This document shows positions 20,901 to 31,567 of a stretch of 64,000 nucleotides of DNA, in pieces. Origin of the DNA: Candidatus Obscuribacterales bacterium (GTDB lineage Bacteria; Cyanobacteriota; Vampirovibrionia; Obscuribacterales; Obscuribacteraceae); NCBI GenBank assembly GCA_965228855.1, contig CBDDIJ010000002.1:256001-320000 (forward strand). The letters run 5' to 3'. Under the pieces are notes generated by a model. It had not been told where the DNA came from. It saw nothing but the letters and a program-made list of their open reading frames with translations, and did not search any database. The position numbers and the translations under genes were made by a program. Numbering within the stretch: position 1 is the stretch's first letter; every line of letters starts with the position of its first letter.

Positions 20901-21085
20901 CTACTATATCCCGGCGTATCTACTGTCAAGAGGGCGCAACGTTTCGGGACTCAGCCAGCTTACTATATTCCGGCGTATTTACTTTCAAGCGGGTGCAGCG
21001 TTTCGGGACTTTCATATGAATAAGAAGCGCCTGTGTCTACGACTCATTGCCGGATTTTCGCAATTCCGTCTATGCCTCGTAGACA
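20901..21085. repeat. Composite site 2: box B x2 (59-bp duplication), twin-A
   Basis: CTACTATATCCCGGCGTA at 20901, TTACTATATTCCGGCGTA at 20960, 52-bp element 21034-21085 (offset 74). Confidence 0.88.
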
Positions 21086-21496
21086 CGCGAGGACAACCAC
21101 CTACTAAAAAAACCACAGAGATGAAGCAGGGTGGCGCGAGCTGCGCAGTTCTGAAACAGTACACTTCGCTATTTCGTATAAACGCAGAAAGTGTCAAGGC
21201 CCCCTCTTGCTAGCCGCACCGCCCCGCATCTAGGGTCAAGGTAAATCGTTTCGTTCTTTACCTGTGGAAGTGCGCTGAACGGCTAGGAATCACGAGAGCC
21301 CATTCAACAGTCGATTCGCGAGTGCGAACCGGCGGATGCCGCTTACGCGAAGAGCCTTCTCGAAGAGCCTTTTCGAACAGATCAGCACACCCACTTAGCT
21401 GAACGCGCGGCCCATCGTCCGATCAGAAACGGTTTTGCCTACCCGAGAAGCAACCAATCATCGCGATTGGTTGCTTCGCTATGGAGTGTTTTTATA

Positions 21497-22105
21497 ATGA
21501 AAAATAGAATAAACAAACTGTCCGAAACTCAAAGTGCAATCATCGCTGCCCCGCCAGGACAGAAGGTTTCGACGTACGGTTGCATCACCGTGCGCGCCGT
21601 CGCCAACTCATATGTTCAAGCCGAAGCAGGTGCCACCATTATCGCCGAAGCGTGTTCATTCATCGAAGCGCGGCACGGCTCGCGGATTATGGCTAAAGAC
21701 GGCTGTGTGATCTTCAGTTACGGCGGTGCCAAAATCGATCGCGAAGCGAATGCTCGTGTACTTATCATCGACAAGAAAAACCTTGATGATGCGCCGCTCC
21801 AGCTGGCGATCGCAAAACGCGACGGTAAATTCACATCGCGAAAAGTGATACTCGCCCTCGAAGGAGTTCATGTAAAAACCGAGGACAACTGTTTCATACT
21901 CGCCTTCCCTGGCGCGATTGTTGAAACCGGAGACAATTGCAGAGTGGTGACGTTTGACTCGTGCGTGATAAAAACCGGCAACAACTGTTTTATCAATGCA
22001 GGCAAGCGTTGTCGAGTTTATCGCGGTCACAAGTGTCGCGTGCAAGTCGGACCGGGTTCGTTTGTGACCATGGAAAAAGTCTCGTCGATAAACGAACTTC
22101 TCTAA
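21497..22105 (+). CDS. Repeat protein, probable beta-solenoid
   Basis: GGAG RBS; two tracts of about 8-residue repeats (AEAGATII AEACSFIE ARHGSRIM AKDGCVIF; TGDNCRVV TFDSCVIK TGNNCFIN AGKRCRVY). Confidence 0.75.
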   Translation: MKNRINKLSETQSAIIAAPPGQKVSTYGCITVRAVANSYVQAEAGATIIAEACSFIEARHGSRIMAKDGCVIFSYGGAKIDREANARVLIIDKKNLDDAPLQLAIAKRDGKFTSRKVILALEGVHVKTEDNCFILAFPGAIVETGDNCRVVTFDSCVIKTGNNCFINAGKRCRVYRGHKCRVQVGPGSFVTMEKVSSINELL

Positions 22106-22357
22106 AACCTGACTAGAGGCGACTTTTCGCCTCTAGCTCGTCTACAAACTTTTACTACCCCTTATAGAATAATCACCATCAGTGATACCACCACAAAGCA
22201 CCAGATTTAATACCAGCCACTAAAGCTTAAGATATTCAAAAATTTTCCAGTTTCCAAGCGGAAAAATCGCGATTTATCCTCGATCAATCGGGTACATAAC
22301 AAACAGCACTACGGCGCTCGTCGTCAATATATACGGAAAGTGCAAAGGAGATTTCCG

Positions 22358-22603
22358 ATGGCTGACCATCATTTGCTAATTGAACCGTTTCAAGCGAAAA
22401 GTGAGACTCACTGTCGGCTTTCACTCTCTGATGAAACCAATTGCATTTCACTCTGGGTAGACGAACAGCAACTCCGGAAAGTCTTATCGCATCTCCATTG
22501 CTCGGAGAATGTCATTCAGCGTTTTCTCTCAAGCCCGTTCATAGTTAAACAGCAAATACCCGCTCAGGCTGCCAGAGAAATCGGAATCGACCTGATCAAC
22601 TGA
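22358..22603 (+). CDS. Hypothetical protein
   Basis: AAGGAG RBS; followed by hairpin and T-run at about 22630-22657. Confidence 0.7.
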   Translation: MADHHLLIEPFQAKSETHCRLSLSDETNCISLWVDEQQLRKVLSHLHCSENVIQRFLSSPFIVKQQIPAQAAREIGIDLIN

Positions 22604-22737
22604 GCCCCATCTGCATCAAATAGTTTCAGGGACCGGACGATTTTCGCCGGTCCTTTTCGTTGGCACAGTAAGATTTCGACTGCTTTGATGCGGACGTTTT
22701 GCCCTCTTTATCGACGGACCGGTTCTAGATCGTGCCC

Positions 22738-22789
22738 TGTCAATCCCACAGCGACGATTTTGGCGAATTCCGTCGCTCTCTCATTGACA
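22738..22789. repeat. Site 3: twin-A element with no clear box B
   Basis: T-GTCAA-tcccaca-GCGAC-gattttggcgaattcc-GTCGC-tctctca-TTGAC-A. Confidence 0.8.
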
Positions 22790-23227
22790 GACCGATCCAA
22801 TTCCAGACCGTCTAAGAATCTCGCGTCGAGCCGTTTAGAACAAGCCCAGCCTCGAACCATCCTGCTCAGCTTCAAGCAAACGTTGTGATAGCTAGCGCGA
22901 GTTACCAAGAAGCGATTTCAAACTCAAACACCTGTACAGCTTTATCTTTTGGTTAAAGTTAACAGTTGTAAAGAGGACTCTGTTTACAACACTTCTTTTG
23001 TTGAGACGAAGTCTTTCTGATACCAAGAAGACATTCTCAACACAACTTCTTCTCTGAAAGGGTCCTTATCCACCAAAACACTTGATAAAACCCATTTCCG
23101 CGCGCAGACTTCTTCACTCACCAGTGAGGACGATGCACACCGCGCGCTACTCCACCCAGCGATGCATTTTGCATCTGAGACTTCCATTTGTCTCAAGACT
23201 GGCACTCACATTTACCTGGAGCAATTT

Positions 23228-23407
23228 ATGTTCAAAATCATCGTCATGTCCGCTGAGGGCTGCCCTTCGTTCCTGCTCGACTCGAGCCTCGACCGCTTCC
23301 AGATTGCACGGGAAGTGGCTCGACGGTTCGGCTACGCTACGATGGCGCCCTTCGCATCCAGCATCTGCGCCCTGCCGCACAGCTGGATGGCCGTGGACCC
23401 GGTTTGA
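23228..23407 (+). CDS. Small hypothetical protein
   Basis: GGAG RBS before ATG; GC3-biased 59-aa ORF. Confidence 0.5.
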   Translation: MFKIIVMSAEGCPSFLLDSSLDRFQIAREVARRFGYATMAPFASSICALPHSWMAVDPV

Positions 23408-23602
23408 CACTACAGGCGGTATCGACTGGGACATCCAGTTCCGGTCCGTAAACCGCAGTCGCCCTTACGCAGCGGCTCGAACCAGACGGAATGCCATCTC
23501 GGCGCCGTTCGGTTCCAGCAGCTGAGTATACCCGCTTGCCGGGATTTCAACGTTCCAAGTCCATCTGGAGCACCGATTAACACCGAACTTCGGACAACAC
23601 CC

Positions 23603-24103
23603 ATGAACACGATAATTCTCTGCCTGATGCTCGCAGCCTCGCTCGGCGTCGGCATTTACCTGGGAGCTCGTCTCGCACGCTCTCAATACGGCATTCCGAA
23701 AAGCATCGGTCTGGCTGTTCTTCTGTTCATCGGCACCTGCATCGCAGCGACTTCGTTGCAGGAGCATCCACTCGTGCTCGCCTGTGCGGTCACCTGTGTC
23801 GCTTCCGTCATCGCCGCCTGGATCGGCGCGAAAAGCATGCCGGACTACCTGCGCAGCGCTCACCTGAACCATCCCGATGTCTTCCCCGGCAGTCGACAAA
23901 ACTCGGGTTTCGGCAGCCCCGGGAGTTCCGACCTCTCGAAGGGCATTGCGGCAATCGCCCAGCCCATCGCTCGCGCCGCCGCGCGCAAGCCTGCGCTGCC
24001 ATCTCGCGTCACACCCACCGGCAAGACCATTCGCCTGGTTTCCACCACGGACGCGAAGGTCGGCGGCAAACGACGCAAAGGTCACCTCCGGGCTGCGAAC
24101 TAA
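23603..24103 (+). CDS. Three-TM membrane protein with basic C-terminal tail
   Basis: Three hydrophobic segments in the N-terminal half. Confidence 0.7.
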   Translation: MNTIILCLMLAASLGVGIYLGARLARSQYGIPKSIGLAVLLFIGTCIAATSLQEHPLVLACAVTCVASVIAAWIGAKSMPDYLRSAHLNHPDVFPGSRQNSGFGSPGSSDLSKGIAAIAQPIARAAARKPALPSRVTPTGKTIRLVSTTDAKVGGKRRKGHLRAAN

Positions 24104-24151
24104 TTCGCACCGCGGTTTTTGTTCAACAGACTCAACCTCATGGAGGTTTCA

Positions 24152-25348
24152 TTGAATCCAATCTTGCGAAGATATCTGGGCGGCGCAGCGTTTGTCGTCG
24201 CCGCTCTGGTCGCCGGCGGCATCTGGCTCGCCACCACCGACAGTACCGAACTCGGCATGACCGATTTCCCGATCGGCACGGACGTGCGCCTGGAAGTCGC
24301 GAAGGACGCCGAGATTCGCACCGTCGAACTCTACGCCGATCGCGTCACAGCCAAGCATTCCGTCGCCACCCTCAGCGACGGTAGCATCACGAACTACTGG
24401 TACCGCGCCGACGGCACGCTCGAGAAAGCGGTCACTGAAGGTCCGCCCGATGCCGCCGGCGTCCGCATGGTGAAGCGGCAAGCAGAGGTCGCGCCGGACG
24501 GTTTCACCTACCTGTACGACGTCGAGTATCTCGCCGACGGCAGCAAGTCGAAAGAGACGAAGTTCGAGCAAGGCAAGTTGCTGCGCTCGTACTTCCACGC
24601 CAATGGCATCGCCCGGCGCGTGCAGGTGATCGTCGCCGAGAAGAAGGGCTGGCGGCTGACTCAGGAGGACTTGTATCGTCCGGACACGTCGCTTGTGGAA
24701 AGCGTGCGATACGGCGACAACGACTCCTGGGAACGCAAGTTCTTCAACGAGCAGAACGTGCTCCTGAGTTCGAAGGCGATGGGTGCCTACGGCACGCGGT
24801 ACACCGAGGTGGAGTACTATCCGGACGGCGTCACCAGACAGCGCATGGTGGAGCAGAACGGGCAGGGCACCAAGCTCACGACCTACCGAACCAACGGCGC
24901 GAGGGACCAGGAGCGCGTCTTTAGCGGTCCGGTCACAGGCTCGAACCTGGTCGTCACGGCTTACGACTCGCACGACCGCTTGAGCTTCCAGCAGTGGTGG
25001 TCGTTCGGCGAGAGCGGCTATTACATGTGGCAGCTCAAAACCTTCCGCGAGAACGGCTCGATGGCGAAGTCCGTCTACTTCGAGAAAAACAGCAAGGGCG
25101 CCACAGAGGTCGTCTTCAAGGGCGACGGTGCCTACCACAGCGACTTCACTCGCCGAAAGTTCCGGAACGAGGACGGCAAGCTCGAACTCGAAGAAGACGA
25201 GGTCAAGAACAAGGTGGTGGCCACTCGGCATTTCTCGCCCGAGCGCAACATCAAGCTTCAGCTGCCGAAAGAACAGCTGGAGCTCAAGGACGTGTCGCCC
25301 CTGCCGCGGCAAGTCATCGAATACGCGCCCGCACCGATGGGCCGATAA
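24152..25348 (+). CDS. Membrane-anchored MORN-like (YwqK-type) beta-hairpin repeat protein, paralog 1
   Basis: GGAGG RBS and TTG start; N-terminal TM; repeated Y/F-x-x-D/N-G units (YRADGTL, YLADGS, FHANG, YYPDG). Confidence 0.8.
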   Translation: MNPILRRYLGGAAFVVAALVAGGIWLATTDSTELGMTDFPIGTDVRLEVAKDAEIRTVELYADRVTAKHSVATLSDGSITNYWYRADGTLEKAVTEGPPDAAGVRMVKRQAEVAPDGFTYLYDVEYLADGSKSKETKFEQGKLLRSYFHANGIARRVQVIVAEKKGWRLTQEDLYRPDTSLVESVRYGDNDSWERKFFNEQNVLLSSKAMGAYGTRYTEVEYYPDGVTRQRMVEQNGQGTKLTTYRTNGARDQERVFSGPVTGSNLVVTAYDSHDRLSFQQWWSFGESGYYMWQLKTFRENGSMAKSVYFEKNSKGATEVVFKGDGAYHSDFTRRKFRNEDGKLELEEDEVKNKVVATRHFSPERNIKLQLPKEQLELKDVSPLPRQVIEYAPAPMGR

Positions 25349-25444
25349 CCGGGATCGACAGTGACGCACAGCCCGCCTGACAAACAGACGAAGCTGCGCG
25401 TCACGTCTCCTCTAACGCAACCTCTGGAATCGAAGGAGGACTCG

Positions 25445-26632
25445 ATGAACAATCGTCTTCTCTCCGTACTGGGCATTGCGGCTCTGTCGATAGCGGCAGC
25501 CGCCGTGTCCATCTATGCCACCAGCAGCAATACCGCACTGGAGAACGGAGCCTTCCCGGCCACCACTCCCGTGCGCGCAGAACTGCATCTGAGCGAAACG
25601 ATTCGTTCGGTGGAATTCTATCCGGACGGTATCACTCCCCGACAGGGTGTCGCGGAGAACAACGACGGCTCGAAGACGACCTTCAGCTACCGGGCTGACG
25701 GCACGCTCGAAAAGGTCGTCACCATGGGCGTCGCCGACGCCAACGGTATCCGCGCCACACTGCGCTACGCCGAAATCGCAGCGGACGGTCAGACCTACGC
25801 GTACGACGTCGAATGGACTTCAGACGGCAGCAAGCGCAAGGAGACCCGGCTCGTCAACGATGCGACCACCGAGCGCAGCTACTTCTACGCCGACGGCAAT
25901 GTTCGTAAGTCGCAGGTGATCGCGCTCGACAGCAAAGGCTGGAAGCTCGTCACCGAGGACGTCTATCGCGAAGACCGTACGCTCGCCCACACGCTCCGGT
26001 CCGGCAAATACGACGCCTTCGAGTCGACCGACTATGCGGCCGACGGTGTCCGTGCTGTTTTCGTGAAGAAGTTCACTCCCGGTCAGTACGTCGAGCTCAC
26101 TTTCGCCGACGACGGGGTGACCAGGCTCCGTGAAGTGATGCAGCGGTCGGACGGAACGACCATCACCGTTCGTCGACTGGACGGCACCACGGCGGAGAAG
26201 CGCCAATGGACGAGTGCTGTCAATCAGGGCTCGATGGTGGTCGAAGTCATGAACGACGCCGGCAAGCTCACCTACGACAACTGGTGGACCTGGAAGGACA
26301 ACAAATACACCCTCTGGTCTTACCGCGAATACCGCGCCGACGGCACGAACTCGCGGCAAATCATCTTCGCGAGCGACGGCAAAACCGTTGAGACTGAGCT
26401 CGTCTACGACGGCGACGGACGCTTCGGTACCGACAACTTCCTGCGCCGCAAGTACCGTCCCGACGGCACACTTGCGACCGAGGAGGTGGTCGTGAAATAC
26501 AAGACCGTCAGCACCGTCGAATTTACGGTCGCTGACGACAAGCGAATCGCCCTCGACGCGAGTCGTCTCGTCGACAGCGAATACACGGCACCGCCCACGG
26601 TGGTACCGTACACGCCGCCGAGCGGGCCCTGA
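25445..26632 (+). CDS. Membrane-anchored MORN-like repeat protein, paralog 2
   Basis: AAGGAGG RBS; colinear with paralogs 1 and 3 (RSVEFY, YRADGTLE, KGWKL). Confidence 0.82.
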   Translation: MNNRLLSVLGIAALSIAAAAVSIYATSSNTALENGAFPATTPVRAELHLSETIRSVEFYPDGITPRQGVAENNDGSKTTFSYRADGTLEKVVTMGVADANGIRATLRYAEIAADGQTYAYDVEWTSDGSKRKETRLVNDATTERSYFYADGNVRKSQVIALDSKGWKLVTEDVYREDRTLAHTLRSGKYDAFESTDYAADGVRAVFVKKFTPGQYVELTFADDGVTRLREVMQRSDGTTITVRRLDGTTAEKRQWTSAVNQGSMVVEVMNDAGKLTYDNWWTWKDNKYTLWSYREYRADGTNSRQIIFASDGKTVETELVYDGDGRFGTDNFLRRKYRPDGTLATEEVVVKYKTVSTVEFTVADDKRIALDASRLVDSEYTAPPTVVPYTPPSGP

Positions 26633-26727
26633 GAGACCTGCTCACCTAGCTCCTCCCCCGGCTCCGGTGTGTTTCTAGAAAACAGCGACCGCCGGAGCCA
26701 CATTCACGTAAGACGAAAGGAAATTCG

Positions 26728-27192
26728 ATGTACACATTTCTCGCCGTTATCGCCGTGACGCTCGTCCTCCAGATTGCCGAGGTCTTCTTCGGTGCACCGC
26801 CCATGGTGCAGAAGGCTTTCAACCGAGCGGACCGCATTCGCCAATATGGACGGGGGCGCGCCTATTTCTCGCTCCTGGTCCTCTATCCGCTGGCTCTCAC
26901 CGCCGCCTTCTACGCACTCGGAACCCTCGCCGGTGTCGTGGTCGGCTACGCAGATGCCTGGGCGGATGTGGGCACATTCTTCATGCTCATCATCTTCCTC
27001 GGCATCATGGGCTGCTTCTTCGCCTTCCTGCGAGACCTCGGCTCGCTCGTCGCGAGCAAGATCACCGGCAAGGAACGCGCCAGCACCGACGATGTGCGGC
27101 TGCTGACGACCGTCGTCTTCACGAGCGGCATGTACGGTTCTCTCGTCGCCGTCGCGCTGAAGACCGCCGGCATCGTCACCTTCGGTCACTGA
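26728..27192 (+). CDS. Four-TM membrane protein
   Basis: AAAGGA RBS; four hydrophobic segments. Confidence 0.78.
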   Translation: MYTFLAVIAVTLVLQIAEVFFGAPPMVQKAFNRADRIRQYGRGRAYFSLLVLYPLALTAAFYALGTLAGVVVGYADAWADVGTFFMLIIFLGIMGCFFAFLRDLGSLVASKITGKERASTDDVRLLTTVVFTSGMYGSLVAVALKTAGIVTFGH

Positions 27193-27401
27193 CCATCAAC
27201 GGCGCGCTCTCACGGTAACCAAACCGCGCCGCGCCCATGACCTCTGAACGCCAGCCTTGCGGGACTGGCGTTGCGGATCAGGCGTGATGCTGGCGCTCCA
27301 CTTTGCGGGCGTCTTCGCCAATTAGCACTGGCGGTTCGACTAACTGCGGGGACGCCATGCGGCGCCCCCGTCCGTGGCAACCAAACCTTCGGGATCACCG
27401 A

Positions 27402-27977
27402 ATGATCACTTTACACATCGTGGCGAGCCTCGCGTTCGCAACCCTGCTGTATTCTCTGTCCGAGTACGTGATTCATCGCTGGCTCATGCACCGCATGCGC
27501 CTGGCGAATCTCGCGGACAGCAACACGATGCGCGAGCTGGTGCGCAACCACATGGGCAAGCACCACAAGCGCGACTACCACCACGAGACTCACGAAGAAG
27601 ACGACAAGCTCTGGCAGGTCCAGATCTTCGCGCTGATTCCGGTCACGTTCGTCGAAATCGCCTTGCTGTTCGTCGACCCGCTCACTTGCGGCGTGGTCTT
27701 CGTTTTCGGCATGGCGTACGCTTCTTTCTGGTGGGTCGTGCATCTCGAGATGCATCGCGCCGAAGGACGCTTCTTCTCTCGAACGGCGCTGTTCAAGCAC
27801 CTCGAGTTGCGTCACCAGTACCACCATGAGTTTCCGAACACGAACTTCAACGTCATCCTGCCGTTCGGAGACTGGCTGTTCGGCTCGACGCCGACCGCAA
27901 GCCAGCGCGCCAAGTTGGCAGCTGGAGAGCGCCGCAAGACTGCAAACAGACCGAAGACGGTCTCAGAAGCAGCCTGA
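27402..27977 (+). CDS. Fatty acid hydroxylase / sterol desaturase family protein
   Basis: His boxes EYVIHRWLMH, HMGKHH, HLEMH, HQYHH and NFNV...DWLFG. Confidence 0.85.
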   Translation: MITLHIVASLAFATLLYSLSEYVIHRWLMHRMRLANLADSNTMRELVRNHMGKHHKRDYHHETHEEDDKLWQVQIFALIPVTFVEIALLFVDPLTCGVVFVFGMAYASFWWVVHLEMHRAEGRFFSRTALFKHLELRHQYHHEFPNTNFNVILPFGDWLFGSTPTASQRAKLAAGERRKTANRPKTVSEAA

Positions 27978-28144
27978 GCGGCCCAATGTACACGGGACGC
28001 TACGGGGTCTCCGACGCGTTGACCACGAGTGAATGACGCACTCGCAAACTTGCCGGAGACGTCTCGATTGAGCAGGGGCAAACTTGCTCGATCGAGGCTT
28101 CGTCCCGACTTCAGCAACTTCCACCAAACCCGATGGAGGATAAA

Positions 28145-29356
28145 ATGTGGAATCGCTTTTCCGGGTTGAAGAAATCGACCCAGATTGTAATTCTCGCGGC
28201 GGCAGCTGTTTCGCTCAGCACCATCGCGCTCACCGGCGGCTACTATGCCACCAGAACCGATACCATCGACAACGTCGACCTGTACCCGGAGAAACTCCCC
28301 GTCCAGGCGCAGCTCCACGACGGAGAGACACTCCGCAACGTCGAGTTCTATGAGGACGCCATCACGCCGAAGCGTGCCGTCGCCTACAACAACGACGGCA
28401 CCCAGACCGAGTTCCACTATCGCGAGAACGGCACGCTGGAAACGGCGCAAACCGTTCGACTGAGCGAAGGCGGCGCCCGCACGATCCTGCGCAGCGCGGT
28501 GCTGGCCGACGACGGCGTCACCTACAAGCACGATGTCGAATACTTCGATGACGGCGTCCGGATTCGCAAGGAGCTCATCCTGGCGGACAACGAGACGCAG
28601 AACCGCAAGTATTTCTTCGAGAACGGCAACGTCTTCGAAGACCAGGTCATCAAGCTCGACCGGAAGGGCTGGAAGCTCGCCACCGAGTCCGAGTACCGGG
28701 CCGACAAATCGCTTGCGAGCACCTACGTCGCCACCGAAAACGACGGCTGGGACCGCAAGTACTTCGACGAGACCGGCGTGCTCACGATGTCGAAGTCGGT
28801 GCATACCTGGGCTTCTTTCTACACGGAAGTCACGTACGCGAACGGCGTCGTGCCGATTCGCACGGTGGAACAGAAGGGCTCGAGCACCACGGTCACCCTG
28901 CGGCGCGTCGATGGAACGAAGTCCGAGGTTCGCGTCTGGTACGGACCTCTGGTCAAGGCGATGATGGTCGTCACCTACTTCGACGAACAGGAACGCAAGA
29001 CCTTCTACCAGTCCTACATGTCGGACGACGACGGCAAGCCCGTGCTCAGCTCAATCACCATCTACGACAGAAACGGTGACGATGCCCGTACGGTCTACTA
29101 TGAGAGCGACGGCGAGATCAACGAAACGCTCTATACCTTCGGCGACAAGTCGAAGTGGATGCGTCGACTGTATCGCGACGACAAGACGCTCAAGCAGGAA
29201 ATTGACATGGAGATGGGCAAGGGTCAAGTCGGCACCAGGGAGTTCGAGGCTGAGGACAACATCAAGTTCGAAATCCCCGAGCAATATGTGGTCCTGCAGC
29301 CCTACACCACTCCGGAACAGGTGATCGAGTATCACCCGGACTACAACGGTCACTGA
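28145..29356 (+). CDS. Membrane-anchored MORN-like repeat protein, paralog 3
   Basis: GGAGG RBS; RNVEFY, YRENGTLE, KGWKL, C-terminal QVIEY shared with paralog 1. Confidence 0.82.
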   Translation: MWNRFSGLKKSTQIVILAAAAVSLSTIALTGGYYATRTDTIDNVDLYPEKLPVQAQLHDGETLRNVEFYEDAITPKRAVAYNNDGTQTEFHYRENGTLETAQTVRLSEGGARTILRSAVLADDGVTYKHDVEYFDDGVRIRKELILADNETQNRKYFFENGNVFEDQVIKLDRKGWKLATESEYRADKSLASTYVATENDGWDRKYFDETGVLTMSKSVHTWASFYTEVTYANGVVPIRTVEQKGSSTTVTLRRVDGTKSEVRVWYGPLVKAMMVVTYFDEQERKTFYQSYMSDDDGKPVLSSITIYDRNGDDARTVYYESDGEINETLYTFGDKSKWMRRLYRDDKTLKQEIDMEMGKGQVGTREFEAEDNIKFEIPEQYVVLQPYTTPEQVIEYHPDYNGH

Positions 29357-29429
29357 GCCACGCTCACACCGCCGCAAAAACAGCGCGCGCCGCCACCACC
29401 CCTGGTGGCGCGCTCCTTCTTCCCATTGT

Positions 29430-29728
29430 CTACTATATACCGAAGTATTAATTCCTTCGACAAAGCAGCACCCACAGGCAATCTGGAGACTCAGGTAACT
29501 TTCTCAGAATAAATTTGTCTATCGTACGATGCCGGAATTTCCAAATTTCGGCATTCCTGCGTAGACATGACCCCGGTTGTCCACGAGATTTAGAAAGCCA
29601 CCGTCAATGAGAGTGCGACGGAATTCGCCAAAACTGTCGCTCTCTCATTGCCAAAACCTGATCTTTGAATTAGAAAGATGCCGGAACGCCTCACCAGTTC
29701 ACAAAATCCTTCCTAGATGTTTTAGTAG
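29430..29728. repeat. Composite site 4: box B, twin-A x2, inverted box B
   Basis: CTACTATATACCGAAGTA at 29430; 52-bp elements at 29516 and 29602; TCCTAGATGTTTTAGTAG ending at 29728; offsets 86 and 75; hairpins on both flanks. Confidence 0.88.
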
Positions 29729-29806
29729 AGCAGATCTGGAAAGAGCAGGCGCGTTTCGGTTTAGAACCAAAACGCGCCGCCCCTTAAGCTAGCCGGTTAG
29801 CCCAAC

Positions 29807-31567
29807 TTACTTCTTCTCGGTCGGAACCTCGGGCGTGACCGCGGGGTTCGTGTCCGGCTGCTGCGGCACAGCGTCGGGCAATTGAGGCGCCGGCGCAGCC
29901 TTGTGAGTGTTGAAGCTCGCAGGCAGCTTGCCGGTCTCGATGTAGCGCCGATAGTCGTGCACATTGTCGAAGGCGACAGGGAACAGCGACTTGCCGTCGA
30001 TCACGATAATCCGGACCGTGGCATGACCCGGTGCGTCGCGGATGATCGAGACCTTGTAGTACCAGCGACCGTCCGGAGTGTGGACGATCAGCGGTTCCAC
30101 AGCGGCATACATATTCCAGTTCAGCTCCGGAGCCGCCTCGGTCAGGTTCTGCAGACCGGTACGGGGACCAGTGATCGTGTCACCGCCGCGCCGGTCGTAG
30201 CCCTTGATCTCGCCGTTGACAGCGTCGAACAGCAAGACGTGGGTGAGCGCATCGGCAGTGTCGCCGAAGGGCTCGAAGGGCAGCACGAGCTGCGGACCGA
30301 AGTTCCGGAAGTTCTGGTAGTACGGATGCGAGTTCTTGTTGGGATACTCGTCCTTGGTGGTGTGGTCCTCGCTGATGTCGAGCAGACCCTTCTGGGACCA
30401 GAAGTAGTCAGCCAGCCCGTAGCGGAACTTGGCGTACGCTGCACCGTACAAATTGACCAGGTCGGTCGGATACAGCGTGGCGCCGGCGAACTTCTCCTTG
30501 GCAGACTTCAGGCTCTGATTCACGAAGCTGCCGTGCGTGCCGAATTCCATGACGCCCGACATCACGGGAATCATCGTGCCGGTCCAGGTCGGCTTGTAGG
30601 TTACGTAGGAGACGAGCAACGACCAGGAGCCGTCCTTGTTCTGCCAGTAGACCTTCTGCGCGGGCTTGGAGAGCGGATGCCGGAGCTTGAAGAGCCCCTC
30701 GGTCACCCAGGATTCGGCGCCGAAGAGGAAGAAGGCGTTCTCGCCAGACTTCTGATCGACCTTGCGATTCATCTCGGAACCGTCCACGCGGATGACACCG
30801 CTGGCGGAGCCCCAGAAGCTGTACCAGAACTTGTTGGCGGTCACCTCGGGGTTGAAACCGAGCGGCGCCTGCCAGACAGCCCGAGGCTCGCTCGACGGAG
30901 TGAGCGTCTTGTCGTCGGTGCTGTCGAGCGTGGTCTGAGTGCCCTGGGGCAGCCAGACGATGTGGACGCGCTCGACCTGCTTGGTGCGATCGTCGTTGGA
31001 CTTGAGCGCGTACTCGAGCGCCGTGGCGCGCGGCAGGACGCGGTCATCGACCGTCACGGGAAACTGGTCCAGCAAAGTCGTATTGCGCGCGACATGAGCA
31101 GCGAGCTGCCACTGCTGGATGAAGGGCACCGTGTTGGCGAGGACCAGCCAGAGACCGACGACGCCGAGGCCGACGCGCACCAGAGCGGTCAGGGCGACCG
31201 GCAAGCGCGATCCGAGCGCGAGGAGTGCAGCACCAATGACGCTGACAACGACAAAGGGTGCGAAGGTCGCGCCGTAGCTGTAGAGCAAGCCGGCCACAAC
31301 AGCACCGCCGACGATACCAGTCGCGATCTTGCCTATCCGCGACATGCGCGTGAAAGTCAGACCAGCGACCATCGCGGAGCCGAAGATCCAGATCGGCATG
31401 TATTGCCAGAGAAAGGCGAACACAGGCTGACCGATGTAGAACACCGCCCACAACAGAATGAGCGAAAGCGGACCCAGGAGGAGCCAGCGCTTGAAACCGC
31501 CCAGAAAGAAGCGTGCGGCCTTCGACCGTTGATCACCGGTCGGAGGTGTGGATTTTTCGTTCTGCAT
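29807..31567 (-). CDS. Hypothetical membrane protein with large soluble C-terminal domain
   Basis: GAAGGA RBS; about 5 N-terminal TM segments; 586 aa; no motif recognised. Confidence 0.85.
   Translation of the reverse strand: MQNEKSTPPTGDQRSKAARFFLGGFKRWLLLGPLSLILLWAVFYIGQPVFAFLWQYMPIWIFGSAMVAGLTFTRMSRIGKIATGIVGGAVVAGLLYSYGATFAPFVVVSVIGAALLALGSRLPVALTALVRVGLGVVGLWLVLANTVPFIQQWQLAAHVARNTTLLDQFPVTVDDRVLPRATALEYALKSNDDRTKQVERVHIVWLPQGTQTTLDSTDDKTLTPSSEPRAVWQAPLGFNPEVTANKFWYSFWGSASGVIRVDGSEMNRKVDQKSGENAFFLFGAESWVTEGLFKLRHPLSKPAQKVYWQNKDGSWSLLVSYVTYKPTWTGTMIPVMSGVMEFGTHGSFVNQSLKSAKEKFAGATLYPTDLVNLYGAAYAKFRYGLADYFWSQKGLLDISEDHTTKDEYPNKNSHPYYQNFRNFGPQLVLPFEPFGDTADALTHVLLFDAVNGEIKGYDRRGGDTITGPRTGLQNLTEAAPELNWNMYAAVEPLIVHTPDGRWYYKVSIIRDAPGHATVRIIVIDGKSLFPVAFDNVHDYRRYIETGKLPASFNTHKAAPAPQLPDAVPQQPDTNPAVTPEVPTEKK

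Noticed and set aside
20901..20990. Box B as a standard sigma70 promoter on the minus strand
   Set aside because: TTGACA or TTGAAA to TATAGT spacing is 15 bp here and 13 bp at 49831-49855, and most copies lack a -35 element. Kept only as a weaker alternative.
22113..22170. Additional box B after the hairpin at 22113-22136 (TTACTACC near 22152)
   Set aside because: Position fits, but the match is poor and there is no twin-A at the expected distance; not counted.
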